The notes under the pieces are model-generated. The model did not search any database. It was not told where the DNA came from and saw only the letters and a program-made list of their open reading frames with translations. From a virus (lineage: Duplodnaviria > Caudoviricetes): DNA of 54,783 nucleotides. The stretch spans positions 1 through 54,783 of the IMG/VR virus record IMGVR_UViG_3300023179_003650. One strand, written 5' to 3'. Made by a program: the position numbers and the translations under genes. This document shows positions 9,519-19,712 of this stretch, piece after piece; within the stretch, counting starts at the first letter, position 1, and every line of letters begins with the position of its first letter.

Positions 9519-9953
9519 ATGGGAACATTTAAAAAACTTAATTGCGATACATGTAATCGTATCGTCGAAAAGGTCGATGTTAAAGCTGCTAAAGTTAAAT
9601 GTTGGCGATGTGTAAGTAAAATGGTTAAAGGGCCGGAAATTAAAGGTAACGTTAAATCAGATAAACCGAGGGGATGGAAGTTCATGAAAGAATATGTACA
9701 TACAGATGGCACTGTATATCATAAAGGAATAGAACAAACGGAATTAAAAAATACTATAAAACCTACGGTTATGCCTATAAAAGAAGAAAAACAAAAAATA
9801 TCAAAACAAGATAAAGAACAGCTTAAAGCTAAATTAGGTACTGAAATACAAAAACTTAAGGCTTTAATGTTTAATGAAAACCGTAAAACAAAGAGAGCTG
9901 AACTTCAAAGATCTATACAAAAATTAAATAGGCAACTAAGTAAATTAAAATAA
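9519..9953 (+). CDS. Zn-ribbon-containing basic protein
   Basis: CDTC...CWRC pair, PRGWKFM motif, basic helical C-terminus. Confidence 0.65.
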   Translation: MGTFKKLNCDTCNRIVEKVDVKAAKVKCWRCVSKMVKGPEIKGNVKSDKPRGWKFMKEYVHTDGTVYHKGIEQTELKNTIKPTVMPIKEEKQKISKQDKEQLKAKLGTEIQKLKALMFNENRKTKRAELQRSIQKLNRQLSKLK

Positions 9954-10005
9954 ATTTTTTATTTACATAAAAAATCTATATATTAATAATAAATAAAAAT
10001 AAGTT

Positions 10006-10644
10006 ATGAAATTAAACAACAGCATGTATGACGATGAACCGCATAAAGAGGCATCGATAAATATTGGTAATAAAGCAGAATCTGCTACCAATCCAGATAA
10101 ATCGATATATAAAGAAATTGATTATGGGTTTAGCGTTAAAGATTCTATAATCTATATACATGGCGATATTGTATTAGGATTATTATTTGATTTTATATCT
10201 AAAGTACGTACTATTTTAGAAAATAGGGACGAATCGCAAAAAGATGCGCCGATTACAGTATTACTTAATTCTGATGGTGGTGACGTATATGAAGCTTTAG
10301 GTATTATTGATTATATCAAAAGCCTTCCTATTAAAGTTAATATGATTGCTAGAGGACGAGCAATGTCCGCTGCGGCATTGATGTTAGCTTGTACGACGGG
10401 CGCGCGAGCTGCAAGTAGAATGACTTCTGTTATGGTGCACGAAATTAGTACTGCTAATCAAGGTAAAGCATCGGATATCAGAGCGAATGCAGACCATTTA
10501 GAATCTTTAGAAGATTTAACATTTCAGTTACTTGCTCAACATTCTAAAATGGATTTGGAATTTTGGAGAAAACAAGCACGTAAAGATTTTTATATGACAT
10601 CTTCAATGGCTTTAGAATACGGGTTAATAGATACAATATTATAA
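10006..10644 (+). CDS. clpP: ClpP-family serine protease
   Basis: LNSDGGDV, AMSAAA (Ser), MVHE (His), RKDFYM (Asp) and ALEYGLID. Confidence 0.85.
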   Translation: MKLNNSMYDDEPHKEASINIGNKAESATNPDKSIYKEIDYGFSVKDSIIYIHGDIVLGLLFDFISKVRTILENRDESQKDAPITVLLNSDGGDVYEALGIIDYIKSLPIKVNMIARGRAMSAAALMLACTTGARAASRMTSVMVHEISTANQGKASDIRANADHLESLEDLTFQLLAQHSKMDLEFWRKQARKDFYMTSSMALEYGLIDTIL

Positions 10645-10647
10645 AAT

Positions 10648-11382
10648 ATGTCTACAGATACAGCAATTAAAAATTGGGAAACCTTAATTAAGGTAATTGA
10701 TACTTACATTTCTAGTCCTAGAAAAGAGCAGTTAATTAAAATGTATGAAAAATTTGCGGAGCGGATAATGACCGCTCCTGCAAGTTCTCATGCAGATAGA
10801 CATAATTGTTTTCCTGGCGGATATTTGGACCACGTACTTCGGGTATGTGATATGTCAAAAGCTTTATATGATGTATGGAGTAAAGTAAACGCCGGAACAA
10901 CCACTTTTACTTTTGAAGAATTAATCTTTAGTGCATTAAATCATGATTTAGGTAAAATAGGAACTGAAGAAGGAGAATATTATATTCCTAACGATTCGCA
11001 ATGGCATAAAGAACGGGGGCAAATTTATAAATTAAATGGCAATATTGATTACATGAAAGTGCCGGATAGAAGTTTATATTTGTTACAACAACATGGAATA
11101 CCTGTTACTCAAAATGAATATTTAGCTATTAAATTACATGACGGTTTATATTCAAAAGGTAATGAAGGATATTTTATGGCACATAGTTCAGATATGGCTT
11201 TGAAATCTAATTTACCAATATTATTACATCACGCAGATCATTTAGCTACTTTAGTTGAAGACCATAATAAAGGAACTAAAGCAGAAGTAGTAACAGTAGC
11301 TACAAAACATAGTACTAAAAAAGTAAATGATCCGGTGGTAGATAATAATTTGAAAAATATGTTTGATGAATTATTTAAATAA
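10648..11382 (+). CDS. HD-domain phosphohydrolase (YhaM-like catalytic domain)
   Basis: APAS...H...GGYLDH, HDLGKIG, LHDG and HHADH motifs. Confidence 0.85.
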   Translation: MSTDTAIKNWETLIKVIDTYISSPRKEQLIKMYEKFAERIMTAPASSHADRHNCFPGGYLDHVLRVCDMSKALYDVWSKVNAGTTTFTFEELIFSALNHDLGKIGTEEGEYYIPNDSQWHKERGQIYKLNGNIDYMKVPDRSLYLLQQHGIPVTQNEYLAIKLHDGLYSKGNEGYFMAHSSDMALKSNLPILLHHADHLATLVEDHNKGTKAEVVTVATKHSTKKVNDPVVDNNLKNMFDELFK

Positions 11383-11388
11383 TAAATT

Positions 11389-11676
11389 ATGATACTTACA
11401 ATAATATTACTTGTAATACTTTTAGGAATTAGTATTTACATTAACGTAAATCTCTTAAAAAGAAATGAGCAAATGGAAGAAGCTCAAGATTTAATTGCTA
11501 ATGATTACGAAGAACTATATAATAAAATGCTTTTATTTGAAGCAGTAATTGATGATGCAAATAAAAAGTTAAAAGAAATAGATTATAAAGGATCTTTTGA
11601 AAGCGATGATGAAGTTGGATTTTTCTTTAAAGAACTTAAAAATATCCAAGAAGATATAAATAAATTTTTACAGTAA
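11389..11676 (+). CDS. Single-pass membrane protein with coiled coil
   Basis: N-terminal hydrophobic helix; GSFESDDEVGFFF motif. Confidence 0.7.
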   Translation: MILTIILLVILLGISIYINVNLLKRNEQMEEAQDLIANDYEELYNKMLLFEAVIDDANKKLKEIDYKGSFESDDEVGFFFKELKNIQEDINKFLQ

Positions 11677-11677
11677 C

Positions 11678-12406
11678 ATGGCAACAAGAAAAAAGAAAAA
11701 TTACTTTACTGAAGAAACTGAAAATGCAATTGTACAATACAATTTAACTACTTCGTTAGCTGACCGTAATAAAATTTATGAAGCTCATATTAAATATCCT
11801 TTTGATAAATTAGCTGAAAATATTATTCATACTTTTAAGTTTTATCATTTTGATATTCCATACGAAGATGTTAAACATGAAGTAGTAGCTTTTTTAAATG
11901 AGAAGATTCATAAATACACCCAAGGAAAAGGAAAGGCATTTTCATATTTCAGTATAGTAGCAAAGAATTATCTTATTAATCATAATAACAATAACTATAA
12001 TCGATTTAAAAATACAGATGCATTAGAAGTAGTCGATTCGCATAGAAAAGTAGTTAACGAAATTATTCGAGAAACTGATATAGAACATAAAAGAGAATTT
12101 ATGGACGTATTTATTGAATATATAGATTCTAATTTAAACGTCTTTTTTAAAACAAAAGAAGAAATTCGAGTAGCAGATTCAGTTTTAGAATTATTTAAAC
12201 AGCGACATAACATTGAAGAATATAATAAAAAGGCTTTATACATTATGATACGTGAACGTACGGGAATGCGTACGCAATATATTACTAAAATTGTTAATCA
12301 ATTAAAACGCATGTATTTTTTACTTTATCAGGAATATAAAATAACTGGTAATATCAATCCTTCCGTATTAAATCAAAAAGATACTTTAGTTGATAATTAT
12401 TTTTGA
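11678..12406 (+). CDS. Putative late-transcription sigma factor (T4 gp55-like)
   Basis: Region-2-like segment KLAENII...KYTQGKGKAFSYFSIVAKNYLI resembles gp55/sigma region 2; T4-like context. Confidence 0.65.
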   Translation: MATRKKKNYFTEETENAIVQYNLTTSLADRNKIYEAHIKYPFDKLAENIIHTFKFYHFDIPYEDVKHEVVAFLNEKIHKYTQGKGKAFSYFSIVAKNYLINHNNNNYNRFKNTDALEVVDSHRKVVNEIIRETDIEHKREFMDVFIEYIDSNLNVFFKTKEEIRVADSVLELFKQRHNIEEYNKKALYIMIRERTGMRTQYITKIVNQLKRMYFLLYQEYKITGNINPSVLNQKDTLVDNYF

Positions 12407-12822
12407 TGGATTTCGATATAGAATTATTTAAAGGAAAAACATTTTCCGAATTAATGAAAGACGTTTATGACAATTCAAAAAAGAAAGAACGTCAAATTAA
12501 TTTACTGATTGCAGAGTTAAAACCCCTCATTAAAAATGTAGGGGATGCAACTTTAATAGTACCTCTAATTAAAGAATATTTAGAAGTAGGCGTTAAGAAT
12601 GACGAGCATTTAGTTAAATTAGCTGCGGTCGTTCAACGTTTAATTTCATCTAATACAAAAGCTCAAGCAGAAACGGGTAGCGGTTATCTACTTTCGGAAG
12701 AAGAAAAACAACAGTTATTAGCAGAATTAAATACAATAGAAAATTCCGATATAGAAATAAATTCTAAAGTAATTGATTTAGCTGCTGAACAAAAGCAATT
12801 GGATACGGGAGAAGATCAGTGA
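12403..12822 (+). CDS. Hypothetical helical protein
   Basis: 139-aa ORF overlapping both neighbours. Confidence 0.7.
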   Translation: MMDFDIELFKGKTFSELMKDVYDNSKKKERQINLLIAELKPLIKNVGDATLIVPLIKEYLEVGVKNDEHLVKLAAVVQRLISSNTKAQAETGSGYLLSEEEKQQLLAELNTIENSDIEINSKVIDLAAEQKQLDTGEDQ

Positions 12823-13937
12823 GAAATTTCTCAATTAATAATCAAGAATTTCAATTTGCATTTGCAGAAGTATTAAGTGTAGAATATGAGGATACAAATC
12901 CTAATTTTATACAAAGTATTAAATGTAAAATATTAGGACCTGGCCAAGGAGAAGATGATGGCGATCCTTCCGCTGTACAAGCTAAACCATTAAATCCATA
13001 TTTACGTAAAGTACCAATTCAAGGAGAAATAGTAATGGTTCTTAAAGGGCCTAGCGCAGCTATATCTTCAATGGGCAGTAATACTACTTTATATTATTTA
13101 GATAATCTTAATATACAAAGTTTAATAGACCATAACAGTGTCCCTACCTCTGGTAAAGTTACTGCAAGTGGAGGAGCTGACGGATTTGCAGCAGCCGCGG
13201 CTGGATCGACTAAACAATCCGGTAATCCTGCAGTTGATGATAATTTCGAAGAAAGTAATAAATCTGCATTTATACAACATTACGTAGGCGACGTTATTTT
13301 AGAAGGCCGGTACGGACAATCATTACGTTTTTCTTCTACACAAAAAAATAAAGGCATTTTCAAAAAGCCTACAATGTGGGACCAAGGATCTGCAGGCGAT
13401 CCTATAACCGTTTTACGTAATAGTAAATTTCTAGGACCGGCGCATAAATTTTATGCAGAAGATCTAGAAAAAGATGATAGCCTTATTATCATGACTTCAG
13501 ACCAAAAGCTTCCATTAAAACCCGCATCGGATGCAAAAAAAGCTGCGAATGAAGTTAGTATACAAGCAAAATACGAAAAAAATCAAATACTTTTAAATTC
13601 AGGTCGTTTAATTTTAAATGCTAGGCAGGAAGATATTTTAGCGTATGCTAAAAAAGGCGTACATATATCAGCAGATAAAATAGCAATTGATGCTAAATCT
13701 AAATTTACTGTCGATAGCCCCGCTATTCATTTAGGGGCACAAGCCACTGAGCCTATTATTTTCGGTCAAAAATGGGCTACATGGATGAATAATTTAATTA
13801 CTGCATTAGGCGCATGCTTCGTAGCTACAGGGGTGGGCCCATCGGGACCACTAACAGGAAATCCGAATTGGTCACAGGTAGCGCAATTACAAGGACAAAT
13901 TAATACCTTATTAAGCCAGATATCTAAAACTAAATAA
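12819..13937 (+). CDS. Baseplate hub/spike protein (gp5/VgrG-like)
   Basis: OB-fold-like N-terminus (VPIQGEIVMV), GDVILEGRYGQSLRF, beta-helix-like NSGRLILNA region and TGVGPSGP tip; upstream of gp25. Confidence 0.65.
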   Translation: MRNFSINNQEFQFAFAEVLSVEYEDTNPNFIQSIKCKILGPGQGEDDGDPSAVQAKPLNPYLRKVPIQGEIVMVLKGPSAAISSMGSNTTLYYLDNLNIQSLIDHNSVPTSGKVTASGGADGFAAAAAGSTKQSGNPAVDDNFEESNKSAFIQHYVGDVILEGRYGQSLRFSSTQKNKGIFKKPTMWDQGSAGDPITVLRNSKFLGPAHKFYAEDLEKDDSLIIMTSDQKLPLKPASDAKKAANEVSIQAKYEKNQILLNSGRLILNARQEDILAYAKKGVHISADKIAIDAKSKFTVDSPAIHLGAQATEPIIFGQKWATWMNNLITALGACFVATGVGPSGPLTGNPNWSQVAQLQGQINTLLSQISKTK

Positions 13938-13974
13938 TTACTTTTCAGTATAATTATTTAAAAAGATATCTATC

Positions 13975-14442
13975 ATGAATACTAAAGAATTCGTACAAGT
14001 ATTACGTAAGATTATTAAGGAAGAAGTTAAGTCTGCGGTATCCGAAGCTATTAGAGATATATCTACTGACAGATTAATTGAAAATACAATTAAGCCTTCA
14101 GAACCCGTTTATGACTATAAACCTAAGCCTAAAAAAACTGTAGTACAAAAACAATTTACTAAAGATCCTTTATTAAATAGTTTATTAAATGAAACGGCTC
14201 GCACATCGGGCCCGATACCAGCAGAACATAACGACTATTCGGAATGGCCTACAATGGAAATGGGTGGTATGAATACTAATTTTGCATCGATAATGGGCAC
14301 TCCTAAATTTGTAGATAACAGAAAAATAGATGCTACTCCGGACGGCATACCGCCTCAAGCAGTTCCTGAAGAAGTGAAAACCGCTTTAACAAGAGATTAC
14401 CGTTCTTTAATGAAAGCTATTAATAAGAAAAAAGGTAATTAA
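13975..14442 (+). CDS. Hypothetical protein, possibly virion-internal
   Basis: RKIIKEEV N-terminal motif shared with other small late proteins. Confidence 0.65.
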   Translation: MNTKEFVQVLRKIIKEEVKSAVSEAIRDISTDRLIENTIKPSEPVYDYKPKPKKTVVQKQFTKDPLLNSLLNETARTSGPIPAEHNDYSEWPTMEMGGMNTNFASIMGTPKFVDNRKIDATPDGIPPQAVPEEVKTALTRDYRSLMKAINKKKGN

Positions 14443-14897
14443 TGCCAACTAATGTACGTAAAATAAATCCAATTGATTTACTTCCGGACGTGGCTGTAGG
14501 TATAATGCTACCTATGACCGGAGAGGATGGTACATTATTTAAATTATCTTATACGACCCAAGAACAAGCAATAAGTAATTTAAAAAATTTATTATTGACT
14601 ATTCAAGGAGAACGTCCGATGCAACCATTTTTTGGAACGAATATTCAAAAAATGTTGTTCGAACAATTAAACGAATCTATATTTGAGCGTATAGACAGAT
14701 CCGTACGTACTGCAATTGAATATTGGTTACCATACATTATTTTAGAAGATTTAGAGGTCGAGGGCTTTTTTGGTACTGTTAATGGAATGGAACAACATGG
14801 AATTTATTTACGTTTATGGGTAAAAATAACTAATGATGGCGCAAATGTACCTATAGTAATATTTTATACTCCATCAACAATACAAGTAATAGAATAA
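14442..14897 (+). CDS. gp25: Baseplate wedge protein gp25-like
   Basis: NLKNLLLTIQGERPMQPFFGT..LFE...AIEYWLP signature of the GPW/gp25 family. Confidence 0.88.
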   Translation: MPTNVRKINPIDLLPDVAVGIMLPMTGEDGTLFKLSYTTQEQAISNLKNLLLTIQGERPMQPFFGTNIQKMLFEQLNESIFERIDRSVRTAIEYWLPYIILEDLEVEGFFGTVNGMEQHGIYLRLWVKITNDGANVPIVIFYTPSTIQVIE

Positions 14898-14898
14898 T

Positions 14899-16779
14899 AT
14901 GGCAAATAAAAAAGAAATAAACTATTTAGGCAGGGATTTTGCGCAATTTCGAGATAACTTAATCGAATTTGCAAAATCATATTTTCCTAATACATATAAC
15001 GATTTTAATGAATCGTCCCCTGGTATGATGATAATGGAAATGTCATCTTATATAGGCGATGTATTGTCATATTATACCGATTATCAATTTAAAGAAACGT
15101 TGCTTAATGAAGCAGCGGGTAAAGCTAATGTACTATCGATATCCAGAGCAATGGGGTATCAAAGCAAAAATTCAATACCGGCTATTGTAGATTTAGACGT
15201 ATATATTATAATTCCCGCAGTAGATGCAGGAGGATCTTATGCACCTGATTTACGTTATGCGTTAACTGTTAATGAAGGTATGCGAGTAGCAACAGAAAAA
15301 GGAATTGAATTTCGAACATTGGAACCTGCAAATTTTGCACAAACGTCTAGTTTATCTCCAACGGAAATTACCGTATATCAAATTAATGATTCGACAAAGG
15401 ATCCGGAATTTTATTTACTTAAGAAAACAGTTAAAGCAATTGCCGGTAATTTAAAAACTAAAACATTTGATTTTGGTAAAGCTAAGCGTTATGATAAAAT
15501 TATAATTGAAGAAGATAATCATGATATTGTAGAAGTCATAAGTATCGTTGACGCAGATGATAATACATGGAGAGAAGTACCGTTTTTAGCTCAAGATATT
15601 ATTTTAGAACCGATATCAAATACTAAAGATAATGACCCTGATTTATATGTATATTCTGATACTGCCCCGTATTTATTAAAACCTACAAAAGTACCTCGTA
15701 GATTTATTACTAAATTTAATTCTACTAACGATTTAGAAATTCAATTCGGAAGCGGAGTTAGCGATATTTCAGATGAAGAATTAATTCCGAATCCAGATAA
15801 TATAGGATCTGCATTATTAGGACTTCAAAAACAATTCGATTTTCCTATCGATCCTTCGAATTTCGTATATACAAAAACATATGGATTGGCTCCTGGAAAT
15901 ACAACATTAACCGTTAAATATACTACGGGCGGCGGTATAGCATCAAATGTGCCTGCCGGCACGATTACTGAAATTATCGAACGAGTATTTACTTTAGATG
16001 ATGAATTATTAGATGCCACATTAGTACAAAATACGAAATCTTCGTTAGCAGTAATTAATTCAAAACCAGCATCCGGCGGAAGATCAACTGAAACTATTGA
16101 TGAGATACGACAAAATGCATTGTCGTTATTTTCTTCTCAGCAAAGAGCCGTTACTAAAGAAGATTATTTAATTCGGTCGTACGCAATGCCTCCGAAATTC
16201 GGCGCAATCGCTAAAGTATATGTCACGCAAGATGATAATATTAATACAGCTTCAGTAACAAAGGATAGAATACCTAATCCATTAGCATTAAATTTATATA
16301 CGTTAGGATATACAGATACTGGAAAATTAACGCCATTAAATGATGCGATTAAACATAATTTACAAAACTATATTAAACAATATAGAATGTTAACGGATGC
16401 GGTAAATATTAAAGATGCATTTATTATTAATATCGGAGTATTATTTGATATAGTAACTCTACCAGATTATAATTCTAATGAAGTATTGTTAAAATGTATT
16501 GCTAAATTTAAAGAAACGTTTGATGTTATGAAATGGAAAATTGGCCAACCTATCATAATATCTAAACTTTATGTTGATTTAGATAGAGTCGAAGGCGTTC
16601 AAACCGTACAAAGTATTAAAATTGTAAACTTATTCGATACAACAAGCGGGTATTCAGGTAATGTGTATAATATAAAAGAAGCTACAAAAGATGGTATAAT
16701 TTATACCTCTCTAGATCCTTCTATATTTGAAGTACGGTATCCTGATGCTGACATAATAGGAAAAGTAGTAACATCATGA
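14899..16779 (+). CDS. gp6: Baseplate wedge protein (gp6/baseplate-J-like)
   Basis: YLGRDFAQFRDNLIEF, DFNESSPGM, IQFGSG, ASGG..ETIDEIR and QRAVTKEDY motifs. Confidence 0.85.
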   Translation: MANKKEINYLGRDFAQFRDNLIEFAKSYFPNTYNDFNESSPGMMIMEMSSYIGDVLSYYTDYQFKETLLNEAAGKANVLSISRAMGYQSKNSIPAIVDLDVYIIIPAVDAGGSYAPDLRYALTVNEGMRVATEKGIEFRTLEPANFAQTSSLSPTEITVYQINDSTKDPEFYLLKKTVKAIAGNLKTKTFDFGKAKRYDKIIIEEDNHDIVEVISIVDADDNTWREVPFLAQDIILEPISNTKDNDPDLYVYSDTAPYLLKPTKVPRRFITKFNSTNDLEIQFGSGVSDISDEELIPNPDNIGSALLGLQKQFDFPIDPSNFVYTKTYGLAPGNTTLTVKYTTGGGIASNVPAGTITEIIERVFTLDDELLDATLVQNTKSSLAVINSKPASGGRSTETIDEIRQNALSLFSSQQRAVTKEDYLIRSYAMPPKFGAIAKVYVTQDDNINTASVTKDRIPNPLALNLYTLGYTDTGKLTPLNDAIKHNLQNYIKQYRMLTDAVNIKDAFIINIGVLFDIVTLPDYNSNEVLLKCIAKFKETFDVMKWKIGQPIIISKLYVDLDRVEGVQTVQSIKIVNLFDTTSGYSGNVYNIKEATKDGIIYTSLDPSIFEVRYPDADIIGKVVTS

Positions 16780-17885
16780 TACATTCATTCTTTCCTGAAA
16801 AGGATTCTTCAATATACGAAATTGACCCGTACAGAAATACGGGTTTAGATGAAATAATTGAATTGCAAAAACAGCCATATGCAATTTTAAGCGAATCTAT
16901 ATCTATTACTAAATACTATGAATCTAGAATATTAATGAAATTTAATACTATTAATATAGCTAGTTTTATTAATTCTAATAATGTAAATCTTAATAATTGT
17001 CAGTTTTTATTAAATTTATATGTAGCGGGACAAAGTGAATTGCCTTTTGATTATACAATTCAATCATATTCTGTATCAGGATCCTGGACTAATGGAACGG
17101 GCAGAAGATACGGTCAAAGAATTACTGATGGAGTAAGCTGGTCATCATTAAACGGTACTACATCTTCATTATGGTCGACAGCATCTGTAGATGCTGGTAA
17201 ATTTTGGTATAATAATAATGCCGGTGGAAGTAATTGGTATACTTCTAATTCTTCTTCATATGCTACATTTAATTATGATTCTCAAGCAGATTTGCAAATA
17301 GATGTAACGGGGCATTTAAAAGATTGGTTAAACAATATAATTCCGAATGACGGATTAATTTTAAAATTTGAATCTAGTTCATTTATAAATGAATCGTTTC
17401 CTAATACAAATATAAGTTATTATTCTTCTAATACTAAAACAGTATTTTCTCCGCAATTGCATTTATTATGGAATACGGGGTCATATACCGGAGTAACATT
17501 ACCTAGTATGTCTTTTAGAGATAATCCAGTTGTATATGTTAAAAATCTTAAAGCAGAATATAAAGAAAATCATAAACATAGAGTGTATTTAGGTACTAGA
17601 CCAAAATATCCTAGGCCTAGCTTTACACAAACAAATGAATTTGCTGTTAATAAAATATTGCCTGCTGCTTCATATTACCAAATATTAGATGCTCACACAT
17701 TAGATGCAATTGTACCATATAGCGAATATACAAAAATAAGCGGTGACGTATCCGGAAGTTATTTTGATTTTTGGACTAGCCCGCTTTATCCTGAACGCTG
17801 GTATAAATTTGAATTTAAAGTGGTATACGATGATAGTACAGAATATTATTCTAACAATGATTATATCTTTAAAGTTATAGACTAA
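16776..17885 (+). CDS. Virion structural protein (beta-sandwich)
   Basis: KDSSIYE...NTGLDEI, DVTGHLKDW..NDGLILK and YSSNT..PQL segments; baseplate context. Confidence 0.6.
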   Translation: MIHSFFPEKDSSIYEIDPYRNTGLDEIIELQKQPYAILSESISITKYYESRILMKFNTINIASFINSNNVNLNNCQFLLNLYVAGQSELPFDYTIQSYSVSGSWTNGTGRRYGQRITDGVSWSSLNGTTSSLWSTASVDAGKFWYNNNAGGSNWYTSNSSSYATFNYDSQADLQIDVTGHLKDWLNNIIPNDGLILKFESSSFINESFPNTNISYYSSNTKTVFSPQLHLLWNTGSYTGVTLPSMSFRDNPVVYVKNLKAEYKENHKHRVYLGTRPKYPRPSFTQTNEFAVNKILPAASYYQILDAHTLDAIVPYSEYTKISGDVSGSYFDFWTSPLYPERWYKFEFKVVYDDSTEYYSNNDYIFKVID

Positions 17886-19711
17886 TGGAATCAAAAGAAT
17901 TTTTAGTAGATAAAAATCGTATATTAACTGATGAATATAATAAACATCAAGTTAATCCGGCTAGAACCGTATTATATACGCGTAATAGCCAAGGAACATT
18001 ATATGTAGATAGTAACGCATCAGATATTAATAGACAACGTTTAGTTATTAATTTAGTAGGTACAAAATATGATTTAAAATCATATGAAAATGTTTTAAAA
18101 ACCGAATTTGAAGAATTTGTAGAGACTATTCCCGATATAACTATAGAAGAAACTACAATACAAGATATAACGGGGCAATTAAATGATTATCAAAACCAAA
18201 TAAAAACCCGCGACCAAAAAATAGATAATTTAAATGCTACAATAGAAGAATTGAATAATAAATTAAATTCAATAAATACTTCTACAGTAGCTCAAAGCGT
18301 TGACGTAGCCGGAACAATTCAAGCTGCAATAGATGCTGCAACAAAACAAGATAATAAAAAACCAAGAATATTCTCTGATGGAACATTAATACGCGACAAG
18401 GATCGGCTCGCATATTTTTATATTATAGAAGATGGTAAAAAACGTTTCTTTAACTTCAATGAAGAACTTCTTACAATAACCGCCAAGTCTATTGGAAAAA
18501 TTAAAGTAGTCAACGGACAAACAGTACCGGATTTAATTGACGTATCTCAACAGGTAATAGATGATATTCCTTCTGGAGCTCCATTCCTTAATTTTGATTT
18601 AGTTAAAAATGTAAACACTCCGCCGCCGCCCCCATTGGATTTAGGAGGAAATCGGTTAGTAGTAGACTGGATATATCCCGATGATAAAGGAAAAACACCG
18701 GATAATCCTATACTTATTGAAGTAACGGATCCTATACCCGCTAATAATAAATTAGTATTAGATTTACAAATTCAAGCAGCTACTGCAGAAGGTATAGTTA
18801 ATTTTCTAGAAGTATGGGACTGGCCAGAAGGTGTTCAATGGTTTGATGGCAAAATATCATTGCCAATTAAAGACGGCTATTCAACGAATGACGGAGATTA
18901 TAAATCATTTACTAATGTCGGTTTTATATCAGAAGTACGGCCCGTTAAAGTAATATTAAAAAATACATATTCATTAATATCGCCGGCTGGACCAGGAAAT
19001 GGACTTGCTTTTGCAGATAGATACGTGCCTATAACATTAACGGTTCAAAATCCGGAGTTTGATTTAGCATTAACTCCTAAAGTAGGTAATGATGTAGGCG
19101 ATACATATCATGCATACGATAAAAAATTATATGTAAAAATTAAATATATAGTTACAATGCCAGACGTAATAAATAAGAGCGAAGTAGATGCTATATCTTT
19201 AATTACTACTAAGGGAATTCCAAGAGCAAATATTACAGTAATTAATGGCCCGAGGACAAGCAATGTAATATTATTTAATAAAATTTCATCTAGTACTCCA
19301 TTAAAAAATACTTTAATGAACCTAAATACTCAAATAACAATAGTTAAATATTTACCTGTTAATATAAATATTATTCCCGGATTATTAGCGAGTAATACAA
19401 AAGTAGTAAATATTGTAAGGCTATTAAAAGCTTACGGATTTATAAATTTCGAAGTCGACGAATTCAGAAGAACTAGTTTTGGAATAGATCATACGGATGT
19501 ATATAAACTTAAGACTCTTACTACTAATATACCATTATCATTCACATTATCATTCAATACTAGTAACATTTCAGTACCATATAATGATATGCTGTATATA
19601 GGTTTAAATGTTAATAATGCTCGTTATAGTACGTATTATAATAAGTATTATTCTCAATTAACGGCTCAGCAAATTATACAAGAATTTAATCAATTAATAA
19701 CTACATTGTAA
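17885..19711 (+). CDS. Structural protein with coiled coil and PASTA-like domain
   Basis: N-terminal coiled coil, DGTLIR..FYIIEDGKKRFF module, PPPPP linker and VTMPDVINKSEVDAISLI (PASTA-like). Confidence 0.6.
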   Translation: MESKEFLVDKNRILTDEYNKHQVNPARTVLYTRNSQGTLYVDSNASDINRQRLVINLVGTKYDLKSYENVLKTEFEEFVETIPDITIEETTIQDITGQLNDYQNQIKTRDQKIDNLNATIEELNNKLNSINTSTVAQSVDVAGTIQAAIDAATKQDNKKPRIFSDGTLIRDKDRLAYFYIIEDGKKRFFNFNEELLTITAKSIGKIKVVNGQTVPDLIDVSQQVIDDIPSGAPFLNFDLVKNVNTPPPPPLDLGGNRLVVDWIYPDDKGKTPDNPILIEVTDPIPANNKLVLDLQIQAATAEGIVNFLEVWDWPEGVQWFDGKISLPIKDGYSTNDGDYKSFTNVGFISEVRPVKVILKNTYSLISPAGPGNGLAFADRYVPITLTVQNPEFDLALTPKVGNDVGDTYHAYDKKLYVKIKYIVTMPDVINKSEVDAISLITTKGIPRANITVINGPRTSNVILFNKISSSTPLKNTLMNLNTQITIVKYLPVNINIIPGLLASNTKVVNIVRLLKAYGFINFEVDEFRRTSFGIDHTDVYKLKTLTTNIPLSFTLSFNTSNISVPYNDMLYIGLNVNNARYSTYYNKYYSQLTAQQIIQEFNQLITTL

Positions 19712-19712
19712 T

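Noticed and set aside
12403-12822. Terminase small subunit
   Set aside because: The size and helical character fit, but there is no diagnostic motif and it is far from the large subunit; left as hypothetical.
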